Assembly: GCA_965228895.1 (NCBI GenBank)
Contig: OZ245842.1
Span: 1,952,001 to 2,016,000 of the forward strand
Length of the DNA: 64,000 nucleotides
Direction of reading: 5' to 3'
DNA from: Alphaproteobacteria bacterium
GTDB lineage: Bacteria; Pseudomonadota; Alphaproteobacteria; SP197
The notes beneath the pieces are model-generated. The model searched no databases and had not been told where the DNA came from. It saw only the letters and a list, made by a program, of their open reading frames with translations. The translations under genes and the position numbers were made by a program. The first letter of the stretch is position 1; every line of letters begins with the position of its first letter. Shown one piece after another: positions 52,151-61,792 of the stretch.

Positions 52151-53029
52151 GTGACTGATCATCGTGTGCGCCGTGCCGTCTTCCCCGTGGCGGGCCTTGG
52201 CACCCGTTTCCTTCCCGCCACCAAGGTCATGCCCAAGGAAATGCTGACCGTTGTCGACAAGCCGCTGATCCATCACGCGGTGGAAGAGGCTGCCGCGGCG
52301 GGAATTGAAGAGTTCATCCTGGTCAACGGCCGGGGCAAAGGGGTCCTGGAAGACCATTTCGATCGGGCGTTCGAGCTCGATTGGACGCTGGAGGCACGTG
52401 GCAAGGAAGAAGAGTTGGCACGCTCGCGCAAGCTGGTGCCACCGGCCGGCAATGTCATCTCGGTGCGCCAGCAGGCGCCGCTCGGCTTGGGCCATGCGGT
52501 CTGGTGCGCCCGTCATGCGGTCGGCGACGAGCCTTTTGCCGTCTTTCTGTGTGACGATCTCGTCCTTTCCGATAACCCCTGCATCGGCGAGCTGCTGGAC
52601 GTCCACGCCCAGACCGGCGGCAATGTCGTGGCCGTCGAAGAGGTGCCGCGCGACCAGACCAACCGCTACGGCGTTCTCGACGTCGGCGACGATGACGGAC
52701 GCCTGGTCGAAGTTCGCGGACTGGTCGAGAAACCGGACCCGGCCGATGCGCCGTCGAACCTCTCGATCATCGGGCGTTACATCTTGTTGCCCGAGATCAT
52801 GGACCACCTGGCGACCCAGGAGCCGAAGGCGGGCAACGAAATCCAACTGACCGATGCCATGGCGAAGATGATCGGCAACGCGCCTTTCCACGGCCTACGT
52901 TTCTCCGGGCGCCGCTTCGATTGCGGTTCGAAGCTCGGTTTTCTCCAGGCGAACATCGCCTTCGGATTGGCCGATCCCGACATCGGCCCTGCTTTGAACA
53001 AATTCCTGAACGAAGACAAGACTTCATGA
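52151..53029 (+). CDS. galU: UTP-glucose-1-phosphate uridylyltransferase
   Basis: PVAGLGTRFLPATK, PLGLGHAV, VEKP, EIQLTDA; GTG at 52151. Confidence 0.95.
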   Translation: MTDHRVRRAVFPVAGLGTRFLPATKVMPKEMLTVVDKPLIHHAVEEAAAAGIEEFILVNGRGKGVLEDHFDRAFELDWTLEARGKEEELARSRKLVPPAGNVISVRQQAPLGLGHAVWCARHAVGDEPFAVFLCDDLVLSDNPCIGELLDVHAQTGGNVVAVEEVPRDQTNRYGVLDVGDDDGRLVEVRGLVEKPDPADAPSNLSIIGRYILLPEIMDHLATQEPKAGNEIQLTDAMAKMIGNAPFHGLRFSGRRFDCGSKLGFLQANIAFGLADPDIGPALNKFLNEDKTS

Positions 53030-53045
53030 CGCGGGTTGGGGAACC

Positions 53046-54374
53046 ATGAGAATTGCGATGATTGGTACAGGCTATGTCGGCCTGGTCTCGGGCGCGTGTT
53101 TCTCGGAATTCGGCATCGACGTGACGTGCGTCGACAGCGACGCGGAGAAGATCGCGACGCTGATCAAGGGCGGCATCCCGATCTATGAGCCCGGCCTCGA
53201 CGATCTGGTGGCGCGTAACGTCCAGGCCGGTCGTCTGCACTTTTCGACCGATCTTGCCACCGCCGTCGGTGACGCCGATGCGGTCTTTATCGCTGTCGGT
53301 ACGCCGACCCGCCGCGGCGACGGACATGCCGATCTGCAGTATGTGTTCGCGGCGGCCGAACAGATCGCTGACGCGATGACGGGCTATACGGTCGTCGTTA
53401 CCAAGTCGACGGTGCCGGTGGGAACCGGACGGAAGGTTCACGAGATCATTCAGGACCGCCAGCCCGACGCCGACTTTGACGTCGCCTCGAACCCAGAGTT
53501 TCTGCGTGAGGGTTCGGCGATTGAGGATTTCATGCGGCCGGACCGCGTTGTCGTCGGCACCACGTCGGAACGTGCGCGTGAGCTGATGACGGTGCTCTAC
53601 CGCCCGCTCTATCTGCACGAGACACCGATGCTGTTCACCAGCCTGGAGACATCCGAGCTGATCAAGTACGCGACCAACAGTTTTCTGGCGACCAAGATCA
53701 CCTTCATCAACCAGATGGCCGACCTGTGCGAGAAGACCGGTGCCAACGTCAACGACATCGCGCGCGGCATCGGTCTTGATGGCCGGATCGGGCCGAAGTT
53801 TCTGCACCCCGGTCCCGGCTATGGCGGCAGTTGTTTTCCCAAGGACACACTGGCACTGGTCAAGACGGCGCAGCAATACCAGGCGCCGGTCACCATCGTT
53901 GAAGCCGTCGTTGACGCCAACGACCGGCGCAAGCTCGCCATGGCCGACAAAGTCAGCAACGCGGTTGGCGACTTGACCGGCAAATCGATCGCCGTGTTGG
54001 GTCTCACATTCAAACCGAACACCGACGACATGCGGGAATCGCCCAGCCTGGTGATTGTGCCTCGACTCATCGAGGGTGGCGCGACGGTCAGGGTCTATGA
54101 TCCCAAGGGCATGGGCGAAGCCAAGCCGATGCTGCCCGGTGCCCATTTCTGCGACAGCGTCGATGACACGGTGAAGGATGCCGATGCCTTGGTCATCGTG
54201 ACCGAATGGAACGAGTTCCGTTTGCTTGACCTCGGTGGGTTGCGCGAGGCTATGCGCACGCCGCTCGTGATCGACCTGCGCAACATCTATAAGCCGGACG
54301 AAATGCGCGCCGCCGGTTTCCGCTATGTCGGTGTTGGTCTTGGCCACGCTGATGATGCCGCGTCGGTCCACTAG
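53046..54374 (+). CDS. ugd: UDP-glucose 6-dehydrogenase
   Basis: [24 protein letters not shown]. Confidence 0.95.
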   Translation: MRIAMIGTGYVGLVSGACFSEFGIDVTCVDSDAEKIATLIKGGIPIYEPGLDDLVARNVQAGRLHFSTDLATAVGDADAVFIAVGTPTRRGDGHADLQYVFAAAEQIADAMTGYTVVVTKSTVPVGTGRKVHEIIQDRQPDADFDVASNPEFLREGSAIEDFMRPDRVVVGTTSERARELMTVLYRPLYLHETPMLFTSLETSELIKYATNSFLATKITFINQMADLCEKTGANVNDIARGIGLDGRIGPKFLHPGPGYGGSCFPKDTLALVKTAQQYQAPVTIVEAVVDANDRRKLAMADKVSNAVGDLTGKSIAVLGLTFKPNTDDMRESPSLVIVPRLIEGGATVRVYDPKGMGEAKPMLPGAHFCDSVDDTVKDADALVIVTEWNEFRLLDLGGLREAMRTPLVIDLRNIYKPDEMRAAGFRYVGVGLGHADDAASVH

Positions 54375-54385
54375 GGGCCGGTGCC

Positions 54386-55774
54386 GTGGTTCATCCGTCA
54401 ATTCTTCGCGCCTACGACATTCGTGGTGTTGTCGGCGAAACCTTCAATCCCCGTGATGTCGCAGCCCTGGGGCGCGCCTTCGCTGCGATTGTTCGTCGCG
54501 ATGCGCCGAAGTGCGATGGCCGGCCGCTGGTGGTTGTCGGCTATGACGGCCGCTTAAGCTCGCCTGACCTGGAAAGCGCACTGGTCGAAGGTCTGTCGAC
54601 CGGCGGCGCGGATGTGTTGCGTGTTGGGCTGGGGCCGACACCGATGCTGTACTATGCGGTCCACGCGTTCGATGCCCAAGGCGGCATCATGATAACGGGA
54701 TCGCACAACCCGCCTGACTACAACGGCATGAAGCTGATGCTGGGCAAGGGGCCGTTTCACGGCGAACAGATTCAGGAACTCGGACGCATGGCCGGTGACG
54801 CGGCGGAAGTCCCGGCCGACGCGCCGGGCACCGTGAGCGAGCGACCGCTGGGGCGCTCCTATGTCGACCGCCTGGCCCGCGACCTCCTGCCTGACCTGTC
54901 ACTCAAGGTAGCGTGGGATGCCGGTAACGGCGCGGCGGGCGAGATCCTCAGTCAGTTGGTCGACCAGATGCCGGGCGACCACACGGTGCTCCATGCCGAC
55001 ATCGACGGCACGTTTCCCAACCATCATCCCGATCCGACGGTTGTCGAGAACCTCGCTGATCTGAGAGCGGCCGTCGCGGAGGGCAACTGCGATCTCGGCA
55101 TCGCGTTTGACGGCGATGGCGACCGCATCGGTGTGATTGATGGTGAAGGCCATATCCTGTGGGGCGATCAGTTGATGGCGATCTTGTCGGCTGACGTGTT
55201 ACAGCGTCATCCCGGCGCGACGATCATCGCCGATGTCAAAGCCAGCCAGGTCTTGTTCGACGAGATCGCGCGCCTTGGCGGCAAGCCGTTGATGTGGCGC
55301 ACCGGTCATTCACTGATCAAACAGAAGATGAAGGAGGTTGGCAGCCCGCTGGCCGGTGAAATGAGCGGGCACATCTTTTTTGCCGACGGTTACTACGGGT
55401 TCGACGATGCCCTCTATGCTGCGGTGCGCCTCTTGAATGCGATCGCGCGGTCGGGCAAATCGGTGGTTGAACTACGCAAGGCGCTACCGGTCACCGTTAA
55501 CACGCCGGAGATGCGGTTCGATTGCGACGACACCCGCAAATTTGACGTCATCGAGGAAGTCCGAGCACGCCTGAAGTCGCGCAAGGCCGACGTGAACGAC
55601 GTCGACGGTGTCCGGGTCGCGATCGATGGCGGTTGGTGGCTGCTGCGCGCCTCGAACACCCAGCCAGTGCTGGTTGCCCGTTGCGAGGCCGGTGATGACG
55701 AAACGCTTGAGAGGATCAAGGCTGATCTGGTGGCGACCGTATCGCCGAGCGGCGTCAGCCTACCGGAACTCTGA
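54386..55774 (+). CDS. Phosphomannomutase/phosphoglucomutase
   Basis: ITGSHNP, FDGDGDR, GEMSGH. Confidence 0.95.
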   Translation: MVHPSILRAYDIRGVVGETFNPRDVAALGRAFAAIVRRDAPKCDGRPLVVVGYDGRLSSPDLESALVEGLSTGGADVLRVGLGPTPMLYYAVHAFDAQGGIMITGSHNPPDYNGMKLMLGKGPFHGEQIQELGRMAGDAAEVPADAPGTVSERPLGRSYVDRLARDLLPDLSLKVAWDAGNGAAGEILSQLVDQMPGDHTVLHADIDGTFPNHHPDPTVVENLADLRAAVAEGNCDLGIAFDGDGDRIGVIDGEGHILWGDQLMAILSADVLQRHPGATIIADVKASQVLFDEIARLGGKPLMWRTGHSLIKQKMKEVGSPLAGEMSGHIFFADGYYGFDDALYAAVRLLNAIARSGKSVVELRKALPVTVNTPEMRFDCDDTRKFDVIEEVRARLKSRKADVNDVDGVRVAIDGGWWLLRASNTQPVLVARCEAGDDETLERIKADLVATVSPSGVSLPEL

Positions 55775-55818
55775 CTTGCCGGGCTGTTAGGCATTCCAAC
55801 GTTCCGGTCGAAGTTTGG

Positions 55819-56448
55819 TCAGGAGACGCCAGTCGCCGCCATAACTTCGGAACTGCCGCGCCAGATCATGTCCAGAGAGACATAGAAGATGACGCCAAGC
55901 CCGACATAGGCGATCCAGTGATGGCGCTGCAGCAGTTTGGCGATGTAGTTGGCGGCGACCGCCATCAACGCGATCGACAGGACAAGGCCAAAAATCAGAA
56001 TGTGTTCGTTGTCGTTGGCGGCGCCGGCAACCGCCAGAACGTTGTCCAGCGACATCGAGACGTCGGCGACGATGATCAGGATCAGGGCCTGGCGCAGGGT
56101 CGTCACCGGCCGTGGCGGATGGTCCACGAACCCGCCTTCCTGGCGATGCTGTTCAAGTCGGGTATCGCGGATCTCACGCCACATCTTCCAACACACCCAC
56201 AGCAGCAGAATACCGCCGGCAAGCGTCAGCCCGATGATCTGAAGCAGCTCCAGGGTGATCGTCGCGAATCCGATTCGCAGGACGGTCGCCGCGGCGATGC
56301 CCATGACAATGGCTCGCTTTCGCAACCGGTCCGGCAAGCCTGACACGGCCATACCGATGACAATGGCATTGTCACCGGACAGCACGATGTCGATGATGAT
56401 GATCGACCCCACGGCGGCCAGCGTTGCTGGGTCAAAAAAATCGAACAC
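55819..56448 (-). CDS. TerC-family membrane protein (YjbE-like)
   Basis: DIVLSGDNAIVI, DVSMSLDNVLAVAG; GTG at 56448 likely (ORF is open to 56490). Confidence 0.9.
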   Translation of the reverse strand: MFDFFDPATLAAVGSIIIIDIVLSGDNAIVIGMAVSGLPDRLRKRAIVMGIAAATVLRIGFATITLELLQIIGLTLAGGILLLWVCWKMWREIRDTRLEQHRQEGGFVDHPPRPVTTLRQALILIIVADVSMSLDNVLAVAGAANDNEHILIFGLVLSIALMAVAANYIAKLLQRHHWIAYVGLGVIFYVSLDMIWRGSSEVMAATGVS

Positions 56449-56542
56449 GGGGGCGGTCACTCCGATCACGGAATCCGATAGATGTGGCAATCAATAAGGA
56501 TTTGCCAAGAGGACGACCCGGATGGGCGCGCAGGATAGTCAA

Positions 56543-57382
56543 ATGAAGGATGATTACCAGTCGGCGGTGGGCCGGCGCCGGACGGTGACCGACCACCTGG
56601 TCCCACGACAGGCAGAGATGCTGGCGGCCACACTGGACCTGGAGCAGGCGCCTGGCCTTGCCGCCGGCGAGCTGCTTCCGGGCTGGCATTGGATCTATTT
56701 CCTGGATGCCCCGGCCAGCGGGTTGGTCGGGGCGGACGGCCGCTCGGTGCCCGGCGGATTCTTGCCGGATACCGGATTGCCGCGCCGCATGTGGGGCGGT
56801 GGCGAGTTGATCTTCCATCGCCCGCTCAAGCTGGGCGACCAGGCGACCAGCGAGGCGTGTCTCGAATCAGTCGAGGAGAAGCACGGCCGCAGTGGCCGGT
56901 TTGTCGTCTTGAAGGTGCACTACGCCCTAGCCGACGGCGACGGCCTGGCGGTCGAGGAACGGCGCGACATCGTGATGCGCGAGGCGGCCAGCCACGGTGA
57001 GATACCGGCCCGGCGTGAACCGCCGGGCGCGGCGGTCTGGCAACGTGACCTGACGCCAAGCCACATGCTGCTGTTCCGGTTCTCGGCACTGACCTTCAAC
57101 AGCCATCGCATTCACTATGACGCCGACTATGTCCGCGACGTCGAAGGCTATCCCGACCTGCTGGTTCACGGGCCTCTGCTGGCCTTGCTCTTGCTCGGTC
57201 ACCTTGCCGATAGCTGTCCCGGCGTCACCATCCGCCGGTTCCGATACCGCGCCGTGGCGCCGCTCTTCGTCGAGTGCCCCTTGACGCTGTGCGGCCGCCC
57301 GACAGGCGAGGGAGAGGCCGAGCTGTGGGTGGCCGGCGAGGACGGCGGTCTTGCCATGCAAGCCGACGCGACATTCGATTGA
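56543..57382 (+). CDS. Double hot-dog acyl-CoA hydratase (mesaconyl-C4-CoA / itaconyl-CoA hydratase, HTD2-like)
   Basis: PRRMWGGG, FSALTFNSHRIHYD, LVHGPL; start 56543 or 56522. Confidence 0.82.
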   Translation: MKDDYQSAVGRRRTVTDHLVPRQAEMLAATLDLEQAPGLAAGELLPGWHWIYFLDAPASGLVGADGRSVPGGFLPDTGLPRRMWGGGELIFHRPLKLGDQATSEACLESVEEKHGRSGRFVVLKVHYALADGDGLAVEERRDIVMREAASHGEIPARREPPGAAVWQRDLTPSHMLLFRFSALTFNSHRIHYDADYVRDVEGYPDLLVHGPLLALLLLGHLADSCPGVTIRRFRYRAVAPLFVECPLTLCGRPTGEGEAELWVAGEDGGLAMQADATFD

Positions 57383-57442
57383 GCGCGGCCATTCCAACGG
57401 TTCGGTGCTTGTCTTCGCGCGGCCAGACGATAGGTTGCCGCC

Positions 57443-58906
57443 ATGACCGATGATTTGACACGCTTCAGCGCCGCCGCACTGGTCGACGGCTATCGTGCCA
57501 AGCAGTTCTCGCCCGTCGAAGTCACCGACGCCGTTCTTGCGCGTATGGATGACATCGATGGCAACTTGAATGCGTTCTGCCATCGTGACGATGAAACCGT
57601 ACGCGCGATGGCGCAGGCTTCCGAGGAGCGGTGGAGCAAGGGTGAAGCGCTGGGTGCCGTCGACGGTGTTCCGGTCAGTGTGAAGGACGTGTTGCGCCTG
57701 AAGGGTTGGCCGACCCGAATGGGCTCGAAGACGGTCGATGCGAAGCAGGCATGGGATTCCGATTCTCCGTCCGTCCAGCGCATGCGCGAGGCTGGTGCCG
57801 TGTTCCTGGGCATGACGACGACGCCGGAGATGGGCTGGAAGGGTGTCACCGACTGCCCGCTCTATGGCGTCACCCGCAATCCCTGGAACATCCGGATGAC
57901 GCCAGGCGGTTCCAGTGGCGGCGCGGCGGCGGCGGTCGCCAGCGGTATGGGGCCCTTGGCTTTCGGCACCGACGGCGGTGGCTCGGTGCGGATCCCGGCT
58001 GGCTTTACCGGCATCGTCGGCATGAAGCCGACCTTCGCGCGCGTGCCGATCTGGCCGCCCAGCGCGTTTGGCCTTCTGTCCCATGTCGGTCCGATGGCCC
58101 GCACAGTCGAGGACGCCGCGATCATGCTCAACGTCATCGGTAAACCCGACAGCCGTGATGCCTGGTCGCTCAACGATGACGGAACCGACTATGTCGCTGC
58201 GCTGACCCAAGACTTGACCGGTCTTCGCGTCGCGTGGAGCCCGGATCTCGGATTCATCCGTGTCGATCCGGAGGTCGCGCGACTCACCGATCAGGCCGCC
58301 CGATGTTTCGAGGATCTCGGTGCGAAAGTCGAGACGGTTTCGCCGGGTTTCGACAATCCGGCCGAGAGTTTCCGAACCCTGTGGTATGCGGCGGCGGCCC
58401 AGGTCATCCGTACCGAGAGCCGGGCGCGCCGACGTTTTCTCGACTTCGGCTTGGCGACGATCGCGGAGGAGGGCGCGTCGATCTCTGCCATGGACTGGCT
58501 TGCGGCGGACCGCTCGCGGAACGAGCTTGGCGCGCACATGGCGGCTTTCCATGAACGCTATGATCTATTACTGACGCCGACCCTGCCGCTGCCTGCTTTC
58601 GAGTCCGGGTTGGAGGTGCCGAGCGGCTGGCCGCACGAACGCTGGTTCACCTGGACGCCGTTTACCTATCCCTTCAACATGACCCGCCAGCCGGCGTTGA
58701 CAGTGCCCTGCGGCTTCACCGACGACGGCCTTCCCGTCGGCCTCCAGATCGTCGGGCCGCGCTGCGCCGATGCGTTGGTGATGGCCGCGGGCCATGCCTA
58801 TCAAAAGGCCTGTTCGCTCCTCGATCGATGGCCCCATGCCGGGCGTTCCGAGGCAGCAAAAGAGCCACAGGATGGGGATAACTCTGATGAAATGATAACA
58901 ATGTGA
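57443..58906 (+). CDS. Amidase-signature family amidase
   Basis: VSVKD, PGGSSGG, GTDGGGSVRIP. Confidence 0.93.
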   Translation: MTDDLTRFSAAALVDGYRAKQFSPVEVTDAVLARMDDIDGNLNAFCHRDDETVRAMAQASEERWSKGEALGAVDGVPVSVKDVLRLKGWPTRMGSKTVDAKQAWDSDSPSVQRMREAGAVFLGMTTTPEMGWKGVTDCPLYGVTRNPWNIRMTPGGSSGGAAAAVASGMGPLAFGTDGGGSVRIPAGFTGIVGMKPTFARVPIWPPSAFGLLSHVGPMARTVEDAAIMLNVIGKPDSRDAWSLNDDGTDYVAALTQDLTGLRVAWSPDLGFIRVDPEVARLTDQAARCFEDLGAKVETVSPGFDNPAESFRTLWYAAAAQVIRTESRARRRFLDFGLATIAEEGASISAMDWLAADRSRNELGAHMAAFHERYDLLLTPTLPLPAFESGLEVPSGWPHERWFTWTPFTYPFNMTRQPALTVPCGFTDDGLPVGLQIVGPRCADALVMAAGHAYQKACSLLDRWPHAGRSEAAKEPQDGDNSDEMITM

Positions 58907-58917
58907 TGACCGTCACG
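58902..58917. promoter_or_regulatory. CRP-like box upstream of the SPOR carboxypeptidase
   Basis: AA-TGTGA-TGACCG-TCACG, 9/10 match to consensus. Confidence 0.5.
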
Positions 58918-59034
58918 CCGGATTCGGTGTTTAGAATCAATCGGATTCGATGTTTCGTTAAACAGAAGCGTGGACAGTTCTAGCCAATCTGGGTTACTCT
59001 TAAGCATATCCAATTGGGGCAGATCCGGCTCATC

Positions 59035-60405
59035 ATGGCATTTCAAGGGCAAGTCTCCTTCCTTTATGCAACCCTGAAGCGGCATTGCCGTTTCGCGGTG
59101 TTCGGCGCCGTTGTGCTGGTTATCGCTGTTGCCGCCGCGCAGGCTGCGCATGCCGGCTACACCGCGATCGTGATCGATACGAGCAACGGCAACGTGCTTT
59201 ACGAGCGTGGCGCCGACACCCAGAAATATCCGGCCTCGCTGACCAAGATGATGACGCTCTACATGGTGTTTGACGCCATCGAGCAGGGTGCGATCACCAT
59301 GGAGACCGAGTGGTCGGTGTCGTCGCGCGCCAGCCAGCAGCCGCCATCGAAGCTGGGCCTGCGCAGCGGTGATACGATCACCGTCAGAAACGCCGTGATG
59401 GCGCTGATGACCAAATCGGCGAACGATGTTGCGACCGTCGTGGCCGAAGGCATGTCGGGGACGGAATGGCAGTTCGCCCAGGACATGACGACAAAAGCCA
59501 AGCAGCTCGGCATGACCCGTACACAATTCGGCAATGCGTCGGGCCTGCCGGATGAGTCCATGGTGTCGACGGCGCGCGACATGGCGACCCTGGCGATGCG
59601 TCTGCAGGACGACTTCCCGCAGTACTATGATCTCTTCAGCACCACGAGTTTCACCTATAACGGCCAAAACTATGGCAACCACAACAAGCTGCTCGGCGTG
59701 GTCGAAGGTGTCGATGGCCTGAAGACCGGTTACACGCGGGCCGCCGGCTGGAACTTGGCGGCTTCAGCGATCCGCGATGACCGGCGCATCGTCGCCATCA
59801 TCATGGGTGGCAAGTCGCGGATCTGGCGCGACGAGCGCATGAAACAGTTGATCGGCGAAGGTTACGTGATTGCGGCGCGGTTAGATCTCGAGGTGCCGCT
59901 GCCCGACGGCCATCCGCTGCGCGAACAGCCGATCATGGTAGCCAGTGTTGAATTGCCGCAGGAGGCGGCGGCAACCTTGCCGGCGACGCCGATGGCGGTT
60001 ACCGAGTTCAGCGCCGGTGGCGTTCCTTTCCCCAAGACCCATCCGACCCGTGAGACCATGCTGGCCGGTGCCTTTTCCATCGACAACATCGCGCGCGCTA
60101 TCGATGGTGACAGCCAAACGCCGTTGCTGACGACAGCACAGGGCAGCGCCGAAGAGACACCGTGGGCCATGCAGGTCGGCGCCTACTCGCAGTTCGAGAA
60201 TGCCTATCAGGCTATCGACACCGCGGAGTTCCATCTGCGCGATGTGATGGGCGAGGTGGCGGCTGTCGTGACGTCGTCGGAGACGGAGGCGGGCGAGTTT
60301 TACCGCGCGCGTTTTGTCGGGCTGTCGGAAGACCAGGCGCGAGAAGGCTGTCAGATCCTGATATCGCGCAACCTGCCTTGCGCGGTGGTCCGCTTCGGAC
60401 TCTAA
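59035..60405 (+). CDS. D-Ala-D-Ala carboxypeptidase (S11) with C-terminal SPOR domain
   Basis: PASLTK (SxxK), SAN, KTG; WAMQVGAY...FYRARFVGL; start uncertain. Confidence 0.9.
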   Translation: MAFQGQVSFLYATLKRHCRFAVFGAVVLVIAVAAAQAAHAGYTAIVIDTSNGNVLYERGADTQKYPASLTKMMTLYMVFDAIEQGAITMETEWSVSSRASQQPPSKLGLRSGDTITVRNAVMALMTKSANDVATVVAEGMSGTEWQFAQDMTTKAKQLGMTRTQFGNASGLPDESMVSTARDMATLAMRLQDDFPQYYDLFSTTSFTYNGQNYGNHNKLLGVVEGVDGLKTGYTRAAGWNLAASAIRDDRRIVAIIMGGKSRIWRDERMKQLIGEGYVIAARLDLEVPLPDGHPLREQPIMVASVELPQEAAATLPATPMAVTEFSAGGVPFPKTHPTRETMLAGAFSIDNIARAIDGDSQTPLLTTAQGSAEETPWAMQVGAYSQFENAYQAIDTAEFHLRDVMGEVAAVVTSSETEAGEFYRARFVGLSEDQAREGCQILISRNLPCAVVRFGL

Positions 60406-60420
60406 CGACCGAGCTAGCCG

Positions 60421-61596
60421 TTAGGCCGCGGTGAGCATGCGTGTTGCCGCATCGCGCAGGCTATCCTGTGAATAGCGGACACTGTCGGTCATCAGCATCA
60501 CCTTGTTCTCATCGGCGAAGCAGAGTGCCGCGATGGCATCGGCGTCATCGGCACTGAGCTTGTGGTCGTCGAGCGATAGGCGAAGCCCGACCTCACGCAG
60601 CCAGGCGTCATAGGCCGGCGCCGCCAAAGCGGCGGCTTCTTCGGTGCCAAGACCTTGCACCGGCGCACCTAGCGCGCCGGCCACCTCCGCATACGCCTCG
60701 GGCACGGTTTCCGCGGCACCGGCCATCGTCGCGTTTAAAGCCAGGCCGACAGCACGGCCATGATGGACGCCGGCAATCTCACCGATGGCGTGGCCCATGG
60801 CATGGGCTATGCCGACACCGGTCACATCAAAGGCGATGCCCGCCGTCGTCGCGGCGATCAGCACGTGACCGCGCGCTTCAAGGTCTTCCGGTTCGTCGAT
60901 CGCCCGTTTGAGCCAGGTCTTCAACTGGCGCACGGCACCGAGGGCAAGGGCGGTCGAAACGGGATTGCGCCGCCGTGTCGTTGCCGACTCGATGGCGTGA
61001 ACCGAGGCGTCGACACCGGTCGCGGCGGTCAACGCAGGTGGCAGTCCGACCGTCAGGGCGGGGTCGAGCAAGGCGAGGTTAAAGCGCAGGGGATTGCCCC
61101 AGGCCCAGAGCTTACGGTCTTCGGTGCTGAACACCGAGGTGCGCGTTACTTCCGAACCGGTACCCGCCGTTGTCGGAATGGCGATCTTCGGCAGGCCGTC
61201 ACGCGGAACCGGCTGGGCGCCCAAAGCATAGGTTTCGACGGCGTCGCCGGAGACGGCGAGCGCGGCGGCGACCTTGGCGACGTCCAGGCTGGAGCCGCCG
61301 CCCAAGCCGACCACGCAGCGGGCGCCAGCTTGCCGCGCCAGCTCGACCACGCCATCGACCGAACTGGCAAGCGGGTCGCTTCTGATGTCGGTAAATGCCT
61401 GAACCGTGTGACCCCCGCCTTCAATGGCGGCGGTTGTCCGTTCGACCAAACCGGCTGCCGCGACCCCGGGGTCGCTGACCAGGACGACGGTGCTGCCGGC
61501 ACCCGCCAACTTCTCGATGTCGCGGCCAAGCTTATTGAGGCGATTGACGCCGAAGGCCAATGGTACGGGGGCATCGAAGTTGAAGGGGTCGGTCAT
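60421..61596 (-). CDS. Iron-containing alcohol dehydrogenase
   Basis: GGGSSLD, PTTAGTGSE, DASVH, HAMGH, HHG; ATG at 61596 after GGAG. Confidence 0.92.
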   Translation of the reverse strand: MTDPFNFDAPVPLAFGVNRLNKLGRDIEKLAGAGSTVVLVSDPGVAAAGLVERTTAAIEGGGHTVQAFTDIRSDPLASSVDGVVELARQAGARCVVGLGGGSSLDVAKVAAALAVSGDAVETYALGAQPVPRDGLPKIAIPTTAGTGSEVTRTSVFSTEDRKLWAWGNPLRFNLALLDPALTVGLPPALTAATGVDASVHAIESATTRRRNPVSTALALGAVRQLKTWLKRAIDEPEDLEARGHVLIAATTAGIAFDVTGVGIAHAMGHAIGEIAGVHHGRAVGLALNATMAGAAETVPEAYAEVAGALGAPVQGLGTEEAAALAAPAYDAWLREVGLRLSLDDHKLSADDADAIAALCFADENKVMLMTDSVRYSQDSLRDAATRMLTAA

Positions 61597-61608
61597 GGCG
61601 GTCTCCCG

Positions 61609-61664
61609 AAGCACATCCCAAGTCGCTTCAGTCGCGACGCAATGAAGCAGGGATGGGTTTGCTT
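61609..61664 (-). repeat. Diverged third copy of the palindromic repeat
   Basis: Reverse complement AAGCAAACCCATCCCTGCTTCATTGCGTCGCGACTGAAGCGACTTGGGATGTGCTT aligns ungapped 33/48 to the copy-1 core. Confidence 0.6.
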
Positions 61665-61792
61665 GTTCCTTATGTTTGCGATCGATCGGTTCGAATTCGC
61701 CGAATGATCTCGCCGCTGGTGGTTTAGGCGACGAGGTGCTGACCCGTCAACGGCGCGTTACACCGTGCAGCCGCAACCTCCGGCATCTGAAA

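Noticed and set aside
46547-61596. Two Fe-ADH genes of identical length (1176 bp) as a recent duplication
   Set aside because: The proteins are highly divergent outside family motifs; equal length reflects the fold.
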